DNA of 64,000 nt from Candidatus Liptonbacteria bacterium (lineage in GTDB: Bacteria > Patescibacteriota > Minisyncoccia > UBA6257 > 2-01-FULL-56-20). The position numbers and the translations under genes are program-made. How positions within the stretch are numbered: the first letter of the stretch is position 1; each line of letters begins with the position of its first letter. Where the stretch lies: positions 13,327 through 77,326 of the forward strand of contig JAHFLJ010000001.1 of the NCBI GenBank assembly GCA_023244935.1, read 5' to 3'. Below, one piece after another: positions 17,203 through 26,712 of the stretch. The notes under the pieces are model-generated. The model made no database searches. It was not told where the DNA came from and saw nothing but the letters and a program-made list of their open reading frames with translations.

Positions 17203-18312
17203 CTACCTAATCAAAAAATACACAATTTCGTAGATCGCCCCTAAAATAAACACAAGCCCGCAAATTCCGGCCAATACGGATTTCCACCCCTGAAGATTTA
17301 ACGCTTTTTCGCTGGCAAAGACCACTAAAACGTATTGAATAGCCAAAAACACGCCACCGACCAACGAAATAATCAACAAAAAATTATTCAAACCGGCCCA
17401 GAATAGCAATATCGGCAGAAAAATCGGCACGGCAAAACTTGCCGTCTCACTGAACTTTAAATCTCGGTGGATTGCTTTTTTTATTTCCAGAACTATCGGC
17501 AAATATGATGTCCAAATTGCCATAAGCCCCAAAAAAACGATTAACCCAAGCCCAAATCCGGATATCAAATCAATTCCGGCCAAAGAGTCTCCGGAAACAA
17601 AAGTTGATGACCCGAAAATTGCCATGGAAAAAATCAGATAAACGAACGCCACAATTAATGTTCCGTAACTTAAAATTTTAATCGGATGCTTTTGGATTCT
17701 ACCCCTGCCGGCTTCCCGAAGTAGCGGCTCGATCGCAGTCCACCCGGCAAGCGCGAAAAGAAACGGTCCGAATGGAAATAATATTTCTTTTAGATTAATT
17801 AATGGAGCAGAAAAAAAATTCCCGACTTCCGGAGCCACTAAAAATAAATATATAATCGAAATAACCATAGCCACGGCCCCGGCAACCTCCAAAAAAACAA
17901 AACGAGAAAAATTAAAAAGTATGGGAAGAGAACACAATATCCAAAAAAATAATACGGCGAGATATGACGGTATCGGCAAAATCTTTTGTAAAAAATTCCC
18001 GCCCAGAACAATATACGCGGATAGCGTAAGTAATAAACCTAAGATTATAGAGACAAAGCCTATCTTCTTCGCCCAACCGCCCAGCTCGGAGTCCACCAGC
18101 CCCAATAAGCTTGGCATCCCCTTCTTCTCAAGAGCCAGCCAATATATATAGTGCACATAAATTAAAACTCCCGAAAAACCCAGGAGGTAAATAATCCCCG
18201 GAAGCCAACCTCCGGTCTCAAAAGTTTTCGGCAAAGCAAAAATACCCGCGCCGATTGTCGAGGCAACCAAAATACCGACCGAACTAAAATATTTGCGAAT
18301 AGCCTTAAGCAC
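17203..18312 (-). CDS. APC-superfamily amino-acid-permease-like membrane protein
   Basis: ~11 TM helices. The N-terminal VASTIGAGIFALP motif resembles amino acid permeases. Confidence 0.5.
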   Translation of the reverse strand: MLKAIRKYFSSVGILVASTIGAGIFALPKTFETGGWLPGIIYLLGFSGVLIYVHYIYWLALEKKGMPSLLGLVDSELGGWAKKIGFVSIILGLLLTLSAYIVLGGNFLQKILPIPSYLAVLFFWILCSLPILFNFSRFVFLEVAGAVAMVISIIYLFLVAPEVGNFFSAPLINLKEILFPFGPFLFALAGWTAIEPLLREAGRGRIQKHPIKILSYGTLIVAFVYLIFSMAIFGSSTFVSGDSLAGIDLISGFGLGLIVFLGLMAIWTSYLPIVLEIKKAIHRDLKFSETASFAVPIFLPILLFWAGLNNFLLIISLVGGVFLAIQYVLVVFASEKALNLQGWKSVLAGICGLVFILGAIYEIVYFLIR

Positions 18313-18725
18313 TATTTTTCAATAAAAATCTCGTCCCCCTCTCTGACCCGCTTAGCAACCTTAAGTCCCAGAGATTGACCCTTCTTGGAAACCTTAACTT
18401 GCTCGTGCTCATATTGTAAAGATAAAATAACTTGAGAAAAATTTGTGGTAGCCCCTTTGAATAAAACTTTTGTTCCGACTTTGACCGGCTCTTTAAATTT
18501 AACTACGGCAACTTTTATTTTGTTGTAATAGTGAGTAATTACTCCAACGGGCTTCTCAACTTTAGCTTTTACGGCTTTGCTTTTTTTAGGAATAATCTCC
18601 TGCTTCTTTGTCGCAACTTTTTTCTTAACGGCGACTTTTTTCTTTTTTATGATAACCTTTGCCTTTTTAGCAATCTTTTTTGGCCTGGAAACTTTTTTAA
18701 CCTGCTTTTTAATTTTTTTCTTCAT
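18312..18725 (-). CDS. Lys-rich (histone-H1-like tail) protein with small C-terminal beta-barrel-like domain, hypothetical
   Basis: The first ~60 aa are >50% Lys. A C-terminal ~75-aa domain (VGVITHYYNKIKVAVVKF...GDEIFIEK) follows. Confidence 0.4.
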   Translation of the reverse strand: MKKKIKKQVKKVSRPKKIAKKAKVIIKKKKVAVKKKVATKKQEIIPKKSKAVKAKVEKPVGVITHYYNKIKVAVVKFKEPVKVGTKVLFKGATTNFSQVILSLQYEHEQVKVSKKGQSLGLKVAKRVREGDEIFIEK

Positions 18726-19335
18726 CTTTTTTTATTTGTTTATTGTCCTCTTCAATTAAGGCGATGACCTTTTCCAGCAATGCCTCCGGATCGCTGTCAA
18801 AAACAACCTTACCCGGCCCTCGGTGCGCCTTACTAATAATATCTTGTAACATGTCCGCCATCCCGCCACTTCCAAGCAAAACTCCTTGAGGCTTATTATC
18901 TTCAAACGCAATCGTAAATTCATTTAATGTTCCCATTCTTCCGCACACGGTTATAACCGCATCCGAGGATCTGGTTAAAAGCAAATTTCTGCCGGAATAA
19001 TCAAACCCGGTGTAGATAATTAAATCGTGATATTCTATCGGAAGCTTATAAAATTCCACGTGATGTTGTTGGGTTGTCGCCGGAGAAAGACCAACTACAA
19101 AACCTCCCGCCTTCTTGGCGCCTTTGGCGGCCCAGAAAGGAGCGCCGGTCGTTGCCCCGGTAACCAGAACTAAATTATGTTGCGCGATTAATTCTCCAAG
19201 CTTCTCGGAATTCTGCAAAGCAGTTTCGGAGCAATGTCCGGTCTCTGCTGCACCGGAAATACAAATTTTGTATTTCAAGTGATACACTCCACTGCCATGA
19301 CTATGTCCGTTTGTTTTTTTATCTTCTTTTTCCAT
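18709..19335 (-). CDS. TIGR00725/SLOG-family Rossmann-fold protein (LOG-like)
   Basis: LVLVTGATTGAPFWAAKGAKKAGGFVVGLSP...AVITVCGRMGTLNEF. The ATG at 19335 is preferred because the longer ORF overlaps the upstream gene. Confidence 0.55.
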   Translation of the reverse strand: MEKEDKKTNGHSHGSGVYHLKYKICISGAAETGHCSETALQNSEKLGELIAQHNLVLVTGATTGAPFWAAKGAKKAGGFVVGLSPATTQQHHVEFYKLPIEYHDLIIYTGFDYSGRNLLLTRSSDAVITVCGRMGTLNEFTIAFEDNKPQGVLLGSGGMADMLQDIISKAHRGPGKVVFDSDPEALLEKVIALIEEDNKQIKKDEEKN

Positions 19336-19342
19336 TTTTAAA

Positions 19343-20689
19343 TTATAACACAACCTCCTCGTGACCTTTTGGAACATAAGCGTCCACCGCAAACTCGTCC
19401 CGGAGCTTCTGCGCCAACACTTCGCTCGCGCCTTCTTCACCCTGAATAACAAAAACCTTCTTAAGCGTAGACTTCCTTGGCTCGACCCACTTCAAAAGCT
19501 TCGGCTGATCGGCATGCGCGGAATACGCGCTAATACTTCGAATTTTGCAATTAACCTGGATCGGCTCTCCGAAAATTTTAACCGTCTTTTCGCCGTCGAA
19601 AATTCTTCTGCCCAAAGTTCCTTTGGCCTGATAACCCACAAAAAGAATTGTACTCTTTGGATCGGATAAATATCTCTTCTCGTGGTGAAGAATTCTGCCA
19701 CCGTTCGACATACCGGATCCGGCAATAATTATTTTAGGCGCGGGAACATCATTAATTTCCTTGGATTGTTCTGTTGTTAAAGTTAATCGCAGTCCCGGGA
19801 AATTCAAAATATCTTCTCCGGACTTAACCAGTTTATATGTCTCGGCGTTAAAATATTTCTCATATTTTTTATAGACTGCGGTAATTTTTATCGCTAACGG
19901 GCTATCAATAAATACCGGCACTTTTGGAACACGTCCATGAGTGAATAAATCGTCCATGTGATACAAGAGCTCTTGAGTACGCTCCATTGCAAATGTTGGA
20001 ATCATCAAAACTCCACCATCCTTAACCGCGTCTTCAATTGCATCTTCCAAATCAGCCTCCCGGTTTTCTTCTCTCTCGTGGAATCTGTCGCCGTAAGTTG
20101 ATTCTATCAATAGATAATTCACATCTGGAAGATTTTCGGTGTTGTGGATTATTGGCGCCGGATAATTTCCTAAATCTCCGGAGAATGCCACTGACTTTCC
20201 CTCGGCTTCAACTTTAATAATTGCGGAACCTAAAATATGTCCGGCGTCATAAAGAGTCACTTTAAACGGACCGACTTCAACAGTTTCATGATACGGAACT
20301 CCCTGCCACCTAATCATTACTCTTTCGATATCTTCCACTTCGTAAAGCGGAGGTAGCCCGGCCTTGTCACTTTCCCCTTTTAATACGTGCTGAGAATCAA
20401 TCAACAGTAATTCCGCAAAATCTTTGGTCGGCGGAGTTGAATAGATTGTGCCGACAAAACCGTCATTGACTAATTTCGGCAATCGCCCCACGTGATCAAT
20501 GTGCGCGTGAGTAATAAACACCGCCTGCACCTCGCTCGGATTATATTGAAAATCCTCAAAATTACTTTTTTCCACAAAACTCCCTCCCTGCTCCAATCCG
20601 CAATCAATTAAAATTTTAGAATCACCGGACTCCAAAAGATAATTAGCCCCAGTTACGCTCCCTGCTCCTCCGTGAAAAGTTAGTTTCAT
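19343..20689 (-). CDS. MBL-fold metallo-hydrolase, beta-CASP RNA-metabolising nuclease
   Basis: HAHIDHVGRLP (HxHxDH), ~450 aa, with beta-CASP motifs. An extended -10 (TGGTATAAT on the minus strand) lies at 20712-20722. Confidence 0.75.
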   Translation of the reverse strand: MKLTFHGGAGSVTGANYLLESGDSKILIDCGLEQGGSFVEKSNFEDFQYNPSEVQAVFITHAHIDHVGRLPKLVNDGFVGTIYSTPPTKDFAELLLIDSQHVLKGESDKAGLPPLYEVEDIERVMIRWQGVPYHETVEVGPFKVTLYDAGHILGSAIIKVEAEGKSVAFSGDLGNYPAPIIHNTENLPDVNYLLIESTYGDRFHEREENREADLEDAIEDAVKDGGVLMIPTFAMERTQELLYHMDDLFTHGRVPKVPVFIDSPLAIKITAVYKKYEKYFNAETYKLVKSGEDILNFPGLRLTLTTEQSKEINDVPAPKIIIAGSGMSNGGRILHHEKRYLSDPKSTILFVGYQAKGTLGRRIFDGEKTVKIFGEPIQVNCKIRSISAYSAHADQPKLLKWVEPRKSTLKKVFVIQGEEGASEVLAQKLRDEFAVDAYVPKGHEEVVL

Positions 20690-20744
20690 AAATTTATTTT
20701 TTTGTCTTTAAATTATACCACGCATAATATATTTTTCATTCCAC

Positions 20745-20772
20745 TTTACATATTAAAGTTTTGTGATATAAT
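20745..20772 (+). promoter_or_regulatory. sigma70-like promoter with extended -10 for the 20809 gene
   Basis: TTTACA-16 nt-(TGa)TATAAT (20767-20772). Confidence 0.5.
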
Positions 20773-20808
20773 ACAGCGGCACATTTAATAGAAAGGGAGG
20801 AAGTCGTT

Positions 20809-21171
20809 TTGAAGAAAAAGGGTGCAATCGCAAAGGCGAAAACCAAATACCACATCTGGGGGAACATCGCCAACTCTAACATCACCTTCAATGAGTTCAC
20901 CTGCGCCTATTCCGAGGCACAGGCCAAGCTCGTCCTTCACCGCCGCCTGCAGGCTCGGTATCCGAGGATGGTAATTTTCCTCGACTACCGTGGCTGTAAG
21001 GCTACGGCAGTCCGCCCGAAGCTTTCGGGGATGATTCCCGAGAACGACTCGTCCTACCCCTGTACCGAGGGATGCGGCGGAGAGCCGGAGTTCGTCCCGC
21101 GGACCGAAAAAAAGCAGAAGACCAAAATCTTCCGCAGGACCGTTCGGTCGGCAAACCTCTCGCTCTTCTAG
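20809..21171 (+). CDS. small basic hypothetical protein, GC-rich, TTG start
   Basis: The 120-codon ORF starts with TTG 8 nt after SD AAGGGAGG. A terminator overlaps its stop codon. GC is ~55% versus a ~40% background. Confidence 0.45.
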   Translation: MKKKGAIAKAKTKYHIWGNIANSNITFNEFTCAYSEAQAKLVLHRRLQARYPRMVIFLDYRGCKATAVRPKLSGMIPENDSSYPCTEGCGGEPEFVPRTEKKQKTKIFRRTVRSANLSLF

Positions 21172-21194
21172 CCCCACGATGTGGGGCTTTTTTA
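21171..21194 (+). terminator. intrinsic terminator
   Basis: gccccacgatgtggggc followed by tttttt. Confidence 0.7.
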
Positions 21195-21256
21195 CACTTT
21201 GCAACTTATTTTGCGAAGGCTTCTGTCTTGCCGAGGCAAAACAAGTCGCAAAGTGG

Positions 21257-22501
21257 TTATAAATTAACCTTTTCCAATTCTTCTTCAAAAACCTTCCTTT
21301 CGTCCCAGGCAATTTTTTCGTCTTTTGACTGATGAATCCAAGACTCGCTTCCTTTTCCGGTTGACACAACCACATCTCCGGGATGAGCGGATCGAACCGC
21401 CAAAGCAATAGCCTCTCTTCTGTCTAAAATCTTAAAAACATTTCCCATGTCGTATCCGGCTTCGCGTATTCCGTTTTCAATTTCTTCCAATATTCTTTCC
21501 GGTTTTTCTTCGTATGGATCTTCATCGGTTAAAATTATCAAATCACAATATTTTGCCGCCACTCTTCCCATCATTGGCCTCTTCCACTTATCTCTTCCCC
21601 CACCAGCCGATCCTAAAACACAAATCAACCTGCCGTCCGGAATTCCCATTTTTAACGTCTTATAAATTGCCTCCAAGGAATCCGGCGTATGAGCGTAATC
21701 CACTACTACCGCAAATGGTTCTCTCTGAACGTATTCAACTCTTCCCGGAACCCCTTTAAAATTTTCTATTCCTTCAATAATTTTTTCTTCGGGAATACCC
21801 AACTTTCTGCATATCGAAATTGCCAATGCGATATTTTCCCGACTGAACTTCCCCGGCAAAATTTTATAAACCTCCTGCGTAAACTCCGGCAATTCTTCTG
21901 CATTGTAAACAACCACCTCGTTTTCTTTCAACTCCTTTTCAAAGAATCCGGCGCTAGGGTCATCGCCATTCACAAACACCGGAGCTCCCTGCATGCCGGC
22001 GTAATTCAAAAAAGAAAGCTTCGCTTCGCGGTATTTTTCAAACGACCCATGAGACTCGATGTGCTCCGGGTGCAAATTTGTAATTCCAACCATCGCCCAG
22101 TTAATGAACATATGTCTATATAAAACCGTGCCCTGAGACGTTGATTCAATTAAAGCATACTCGCAATCTGCGCTCACCGCTCGACGCAAAAATCGTTGAA
22201 TGAACATTCTTCCGGGCATCGTATTGCCGGTCATATTCTTTTTTGATTTTTCTCCAATTTTCACTCTAACCGAAGTCAAAAGCGCAGTCTTTTTACCGGC
22301 AGATTCCAAAATCGAATTGATTATTTCCAAAACCGTGCTCTTGCCTTTGGTTCCGGTAACCCCGATTACTTTTATCTTCCTGCTTGGAAATCTATAAATT
22401 AAAGCGCCCGAAACAGCAAAAAATATGTGGTATAGCCGAAGGAATATTGGCAGTCTGTATACCCAAGAAATAATCGGCAGTCTTTTGAGTTTTTCCAACA
22501 T
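21257..22501 (-). CDS. Mur ligase family protein (N-terminal TM anchor)
   Basis: GVTGTKGKST is the P-loop of Mur ligases. Central and C-terminal Mur ligase domains are present. Specificity is not assignable. Confidence 0.7.
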   Translation of the reverse strand: MLEKLKRLPIISWVYRLPIFLRLYHIFFAVSGALIYRFPSRKIKVIGVTGTKGKSTVLEIINSILESAGKKTALLTSVRVKIGEKSKKNMTGNTMPGRMFIQRFLRRAVSADCEYALIESTSQGTVLYRHMFINWAMVGITNLHPEHIESHGSFEKYREAKLSFLNYAGMQGAPVFVNGDDPSAGFFEKELKENEVVVYNAEELPEFTQEVYKILPGKFSRENIALAISICRKLGIPEEKIIEGIENFKGVPGRVEYVQREPFAVVVDYAHTPDSLEAIYKTLKMGIPDGRLICVLGSAGGGRDKWKRPMMGRVAAKYCDLIILTDEDPYEEKPERILEEIENGIREAGYDMGNVFKILDRREAIALAVRSAHPGDVVVSTGKGSESWIHQSKDEKIAWDERKVFEEELEKVNL

Positions 22502-22516
22502 ATTTTTATAAAATAA

Positions 22517-23098
22517 TTATTTATTTTTTCCGCTTAATATTTTCAAAGCCTCTTTTAATCTATTCTCGAGACCGATTGTATCCGCAGAGATTTTAGCCAG
22601 CGCCACTCGCGCGGTTTCTTTCCTGTAGCCCAAAGATGCCAAAGTCTCAACCAAATCTCCGTCTGACTCCATCGATTTTACAATTTCTTCCGACTGCAAA
22701 GTTGCCACCTTGCCCCTAAGTTCAATAATCACTTTTTCGGCGGTCTTTCTGCCGATACCCGAAGCTTGAGTTAAAAGATCCGGACGGTTTTCAATAATCG
22801 CCGCGGAAAGTTTTCCTATCTCGGCCACGTCCAAAATTGAAAGGGCTGATCTTGGACCTACTCCGGAAACCGAGATTAACAATTCAAAAAATGACAACTC
22901 GGACGGAGATAAAAATCCGTATAAATCCAATGCATCCTCTTTCACGTGTAAATGAGTAAAAATATTCAGCTCTTTTTCTTCCGAAAGATTTCCGAGATCC
23001 TTTTCGGACATGGCAATTTTAAACCCAACGCCGTTCACGTCAAGAACCGTGAATGTATTAAAAACTTTTTTTACCCTCCCATTTAAGCTATATATCAC
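22517..23098 (-). CDS. ruvA: Holliday junction branch migration protein RuvA
   Basis: 193 aa. The N-terminal OB domain and HhH motifs (GIGRKTAEKVIIELRGK) match RuvA. Confidence 0.85.
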   Translation of the reverse strand: MIYSLNGRVKKVFNTFTVLDVNGVGFKIAMSEKDLGNLSEEKELNIFTHLHVKEDALDLYGFLSPSELSFFELLISVSGVGPRSALSILDVAEIGKLSAAIIENRPDLLTQASGIGRKTAEKVIIELRGKVATLQSEEIVKSMESDGDLVETLASLGYRKETARVALAKISADTIGLENRLKEALKILSGKNK

Positions 23099-23183
23099 CC
23101 AATCATTATAGCAGAAATCCGCTGATTTAAAATTAATGTGGTTTCTGCTTATTATTCCCTAAAAACTATTGGCCAGTGGCTAA

Positions 23184-23864
23184 TTACTGCTCTTCCGTGC
23201 TGGTCGCACTCGTAGAAGTCGCGCGCTCGTCCGGTAGTTTTTCGTAAATAATTTCCCTCACCGCTTTTGTCTCGCCTCCTAAAAATTTCTTAGCAATAAC
23301 CTCTACCACATTCATTCCGGGGAACAAAGCCACATCCTTTTGCCACAATCCGTCTTTAATCTCGGCTCTTTCTCCATTTATATATATTTCATCGGCATTA
23401 ACCACCGTTCCGCTAATTAAAATCTTTTCTTCGCCATACATAATCCTCTGCTCGCGCGGATTCCCGATCGCAATTTCCGGTAATCCGGAAAGGCGTGGTA
23501 TTTGTAAAATTAAATATATAAGTATTAAAACTCCAAAAAGCCCTAACCAAAAATACTTGGCAATTGGCTTTCTGGAAAAACGATTGTGTGGCAATTTATC
23601 CAATGGCCCCGAACTCTTCATTTCCTCCTGCGCCTCGCCTTTCCATTTTTTAAATGCCTCCTCGCCGTCAAAGTCCAATATCTCTCCAAGTTTAATAAAA
23701 TATCCGTGTAGATACGGAGCTGCCGGCAAACTTTTATAATCCCCTTTCAGAATACTTTCCAAATTTCGCGCCGAGATACCGGAAATCTCCGCCAATTTTT
23801 CCAAGGTGAAATTTTTGTCTCGCAACTTCTCGGCAAAAAAAACACTAAATCCGTCTTTTTCCAT
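23184..23864 (-). CDS. RodZ-like HTH membrane protein
   Basis: An N-terminal XRE-type HTH (LEKLAEISGISARNLESILKG) is followed by a single TM and a C-terminal beta domain. Confidence 0.5.
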   Translation of the reverse strand: MEKDGFSVFFAEKLRDKNFTLEKLAEISGISARNLESILKGDYKSLPAAPYLHGYFIKLGEILDFDGEEAFKKWKGEAQEEMKSSGPLDKLPHNRFSRKPIAKYFWLGLFGVLILIYLILQIPRLSGLPEIAIGNPREQRIMYGEEKILISGTVVNADEIYINGERAEIKDGLWQKDVALFPGMNVVEVIAKKFLGGETKAVREIIYEKLPDERATSTSATSTEEQ

Positions 23865-23968
23865 CTTTATATTTTTTATTATGTATTCTCCGCGTTACTC
23901 GCCTCGCCCGCCTAGACTCGGCGAGGCTGGCTGACACTTGTCGAAGCGGGTAAGTTATGAGTCATACG

Positions 23969-26101
23969 TTACTCCGCCGGCTTTTCGAGATAAACTTCCC
24001 GTGGCTTCGCGCCGTTTCCCGGACCAATTACGCCCTTCTCTTCCATAAGATCCAGGAGCCGCGCGGCCCTTGAGTATCCGACCTGAAGTCGTCTTTGTAA
24101 AAGCGAAGCGGATGCTTTTTGAGCCGAAGTGACCACCGCTACGGCCTCATCATATAACTCATCCGAGTCGTCTTCAAGATACTCCGAAAAAATGTCTTTT
24201 TGAGGAATTGCCGTGGAGACCTGCTCAATTTGATCCGCGACCTGTGAAGCTTCCTGCCCCGGAACCTCGACGAACATTTTATTATGCTCTCGAATGAAAT
24301 CAGCGACTCTGTTTATCTCCCCTTCGGTAATATATGCTCCTTGAATTCTGCGTGGCTTAGAAAGTTCTGCGCTCATAAATAATAAATCTCCTCCGCCCAA
24401 AAGTTTTTCGGCTCCGGCTGTATCCAATATTGTTCTGGAGTCAATTTGACTCGCTACCTGCAAAGCAATACGACTTGGAATGTTCGCCTTAATTAGTCCC
24501 GTAATAACCTCAACCGACGGTCGTTGAGTAGAAAGAACCAGATGAATTCCCGTAGCTCGAGCCATTTGTGCCAATCTCACGATAGAACCTTCCACTTCTC
24601 TGCCGTAAGTGCTCATTAAATCCGCCATTTCATCGATGACTATCACCACGCTCGGCAAAGCTTCTTCTTTATGCCCGGCGTTATAACTTTTAATGTCTCG
24701 ATTTCCGGCTTTCTGTAAAAGCTCATAACGCCTGTCCATTTCTTGTAACGCCCACCTAAACACGCCCATCGCTTTTTTGTTTTCGGTAATTACCGGACTA
24801 ATTAAATGTGGTAATCCGGCATACGCCGAAAGTTCTACGCGCTTCGGATCTATTAAAATCATTCGAAGGGTTGAAGGACCATTCTTGTAGATTAAAGAAG
24901 TAATTATAGAGTGAATCATCACCGACTTTCCGCTACCGGTCGATCCGGCGACCAACAAATGCGGCATTTTTTGAATATCTCCGAATATCGGCTCACCGGT
25001 TACATCTCTTCCAATGACAAAACTAAGCGGTGGGCCATTTTGGAAATCATCATAGTTCATCAAGCTCCCCAAGCGAACCAACGCCGCAGTTTTGTTTGGA
25101 ACCTCGATCCCAACCAAAGATTTTCCCGGAATCGGGGCCTCGATACGAATCGGGTGCGCGGCAAGAGCCAAAGCCATGTCCTGCCCAAGCGCGGTTATTT
25201 TTGAGAGCTTTACGCCTTCGGCCGGCTTCAAAGTATAACGAGTAACTTTCGGTCCGATATTTATTTCTCCCATCTCTACCGGAATACCGAAACTCTCCAG
25301 AGTTCTTTTGATGATATTCGCATTCGCTCTCAAGTCCCCGGTTGTCGGCTTCTCGGTTGCCGAATCCAAAAGTGAAAGCGGAGGAGGAGTGTAATCTTTA
25401 AGTTGCATCTGTTGCTGCGTTTTATTTTTCTTTGGCGAGAAAAGCGCAAACTTTGGCTGCTCGGCAACATTTGGCTCAATCTCCGCTTCCTCCTCGCTTG
25501 TATCCTTATTCTTCTTTAATATTTGCTCCGCAACCTCGTCTTCTTCTTCCGCCTCCGAATCAATCTCCGGAATTTCAATCTCTATCTCTTTCGGCTTTTT
25601 ACTAAATTTCAATGGAACATTAAAAACAATTAAAATTGAAGCACACAAAACAATGAAGTTTATTATCGCCGAAGCAACATTCCCGAATGGATATTTTAAT
25701 GATCCGAGCGCCAATCCGATAAATCCTCCGCGCGCCGGAGAAAAAATATCAATAAGTCCTAATATGGCAAAAACGGCAAGTCCCGCCCCCATAGACGTTA
25801 CTCCTACGAAACGTCGTTTCCTTGAAGTCAAAAATACCCCGGCCAGTATAAATAATATTAGTGGACCCAAAAAATAACCCACTCCCAACAGCTTGGTCAA
25901 AACATTTTTTAAGAAATCGCCAACCGGCCCGGCAGAGTTAAAACCGGAAAGAGTCAAAACAACGGCTATCCCGACATAAATCAGCCCCCAAATGCTCTCC
26001 AGAGTATGAGGATGTAATTTACCGTCCGGTTCTACTTCATGGTTTGACTGCGCCTTCAAAATAGCCTGCTGTTCTTTTAACTTCTTTTTCTTTTTGGACA
26101 T
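23969..26101 (-). CDS. ftsK: DNA translocase FtsK/SpoIIIE
   Basis: N-terminal TM helices, a Walker A GSTGSGKS, and a C-terminal gamma winged-helix domain. The start at ATG 26101 (MSKKKKK...) is preferred over 26242. Confidence 0.9.
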   Translation of the reverse strand: MSKKKKKLKEQQAILKAQSNHEVEPDGKLHPHTLESIWGLIYVGIAVVLTLSGFNSAGPVGDFLKNVLTKLLGVGYFLGPLILFILAGVFLTSRKRRFVGVTSMGAGLAVFAILGLIDIFSPARGGFIGLALGSLKYPFGNVASAIINFIVLCASILIVFNVPLKFSKKPKEIEIEIPEIDSEAEEEDEVAEQILKKNKDTSEEEAEIEPNVAEQPKFALFSPKKNKTQQQMQLKDYTPPPLSLLDSATEKPTTGDLRANANIIKRTLESFGIPVEMGEINIGPKVTRYTLKPAEGVKLSKITALGQDMALALAAHPIRIEAPIPGKSLVGIEVPNKTAALVRLGSLMNYDDFQNGPPLSFVIGRDVTGEPIFGDIQKMPHLLVAGSTGSGKSVMIHSIITSLIYKNGPSTLRMILIDPKRVELSAYAGLPHLISPVITENKKAMGVFRWALQEMDRRYELLQKAGNRDIKSYNAGHKEEALPSVVIVIDEMADLMSTYGREVEGSIVRLAQMARATGIHLVLSTQRPSVEVITGLIKANIPSRIALQVASQIDSRTILDTAGAEKLLGGGDLLFMSAELSKPRRIQGAYITEGEINRVADFIREHNKMFVEVPGQEASQVADQIEQVSTAIPQKDIFSEYLEDDSDELYDEAVAVVTSAQKASASLLQRRLQVGYSRAARLLDLMEEKGVIGPGNGAKPREVYLEKPAE

Positions 26102-26322
26102 CTTGTTAAATTGTAATCCAATTTTACCGCGTTTTCCACCAGGTAGTAGAATTTCGCTCGCGCTTTTTAATTTTATCAACCATTCAAAATAAACACTTTT
26201 CGACAAGATCACTATTGCCCGGCACAGAATGCCGACTGGCACGACAGAAAATTAGCGAAATTTCACTACCGGGTCCACCCTACCTATTGGCTAATGGCTG
26301 TTTACTGGTTACTATTTAATAA

Positions 26323-26712
26323 ATGAAGGCTCATCCGCAAAAAGGAATTTGCTATTTACTGGAAAAAGAATTTGCCAAACCTCTGGCCGAAAGAATTTTT
26401 GATTCCCTTGGCAGGCATTTTGGCGCCGGAGAAATTATCCTGGGTTATTCCGATTCCTCCTCCCGATCTCACTACCAAACCGCGATTGAATCCCTGCTTG
26501 CTTCCAACGAGAAAATCTCTCTGGTTAAGTCCGGGATAATCAGCGAAAAACTTTTTGCCTTTCTTCTGGAAAGAACCGGAGCAACCGGTGGAGTATATTT
26601 TACCGGCGCGGATAAAAAAAATGTCTGCATTAAATTCTTCGGCAAAAATGCCAGGCCTCTAAATCAATCCGAACTGGCCAAAATCGGCAAAGTTATTAAA
26701 AAAAATGCTTAA
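26323..26712 (+). CDS. hypothetical protein (129 aa)
   Basis: The ORF precedes and overlaps the HAD phosphatase gene by 8 nt. I recognise no domain. Confidence 0.35.
   Translation: MKAHPQKGICYLLEKEFAKPLAERIFDSLGRHFGAGEIILGYSDSSSRSHYQTAIESLLASNEKISLVKSGIISEKLFAFLLERTGATGGVYFTGADKKNVCIKFFGKNARPLNQSELAKIGKVIKKNA

Noticed and set aside
20785-21408. 207-aa minus-strand ORF and other ORFs overlapping the 20809-21171 gene.
   Set aside because: They arise from the high-GC composition of this segment. They have no RBS and overlap the Mur ligase gene end. The plus-strand gene has promoter, SD and terminator.
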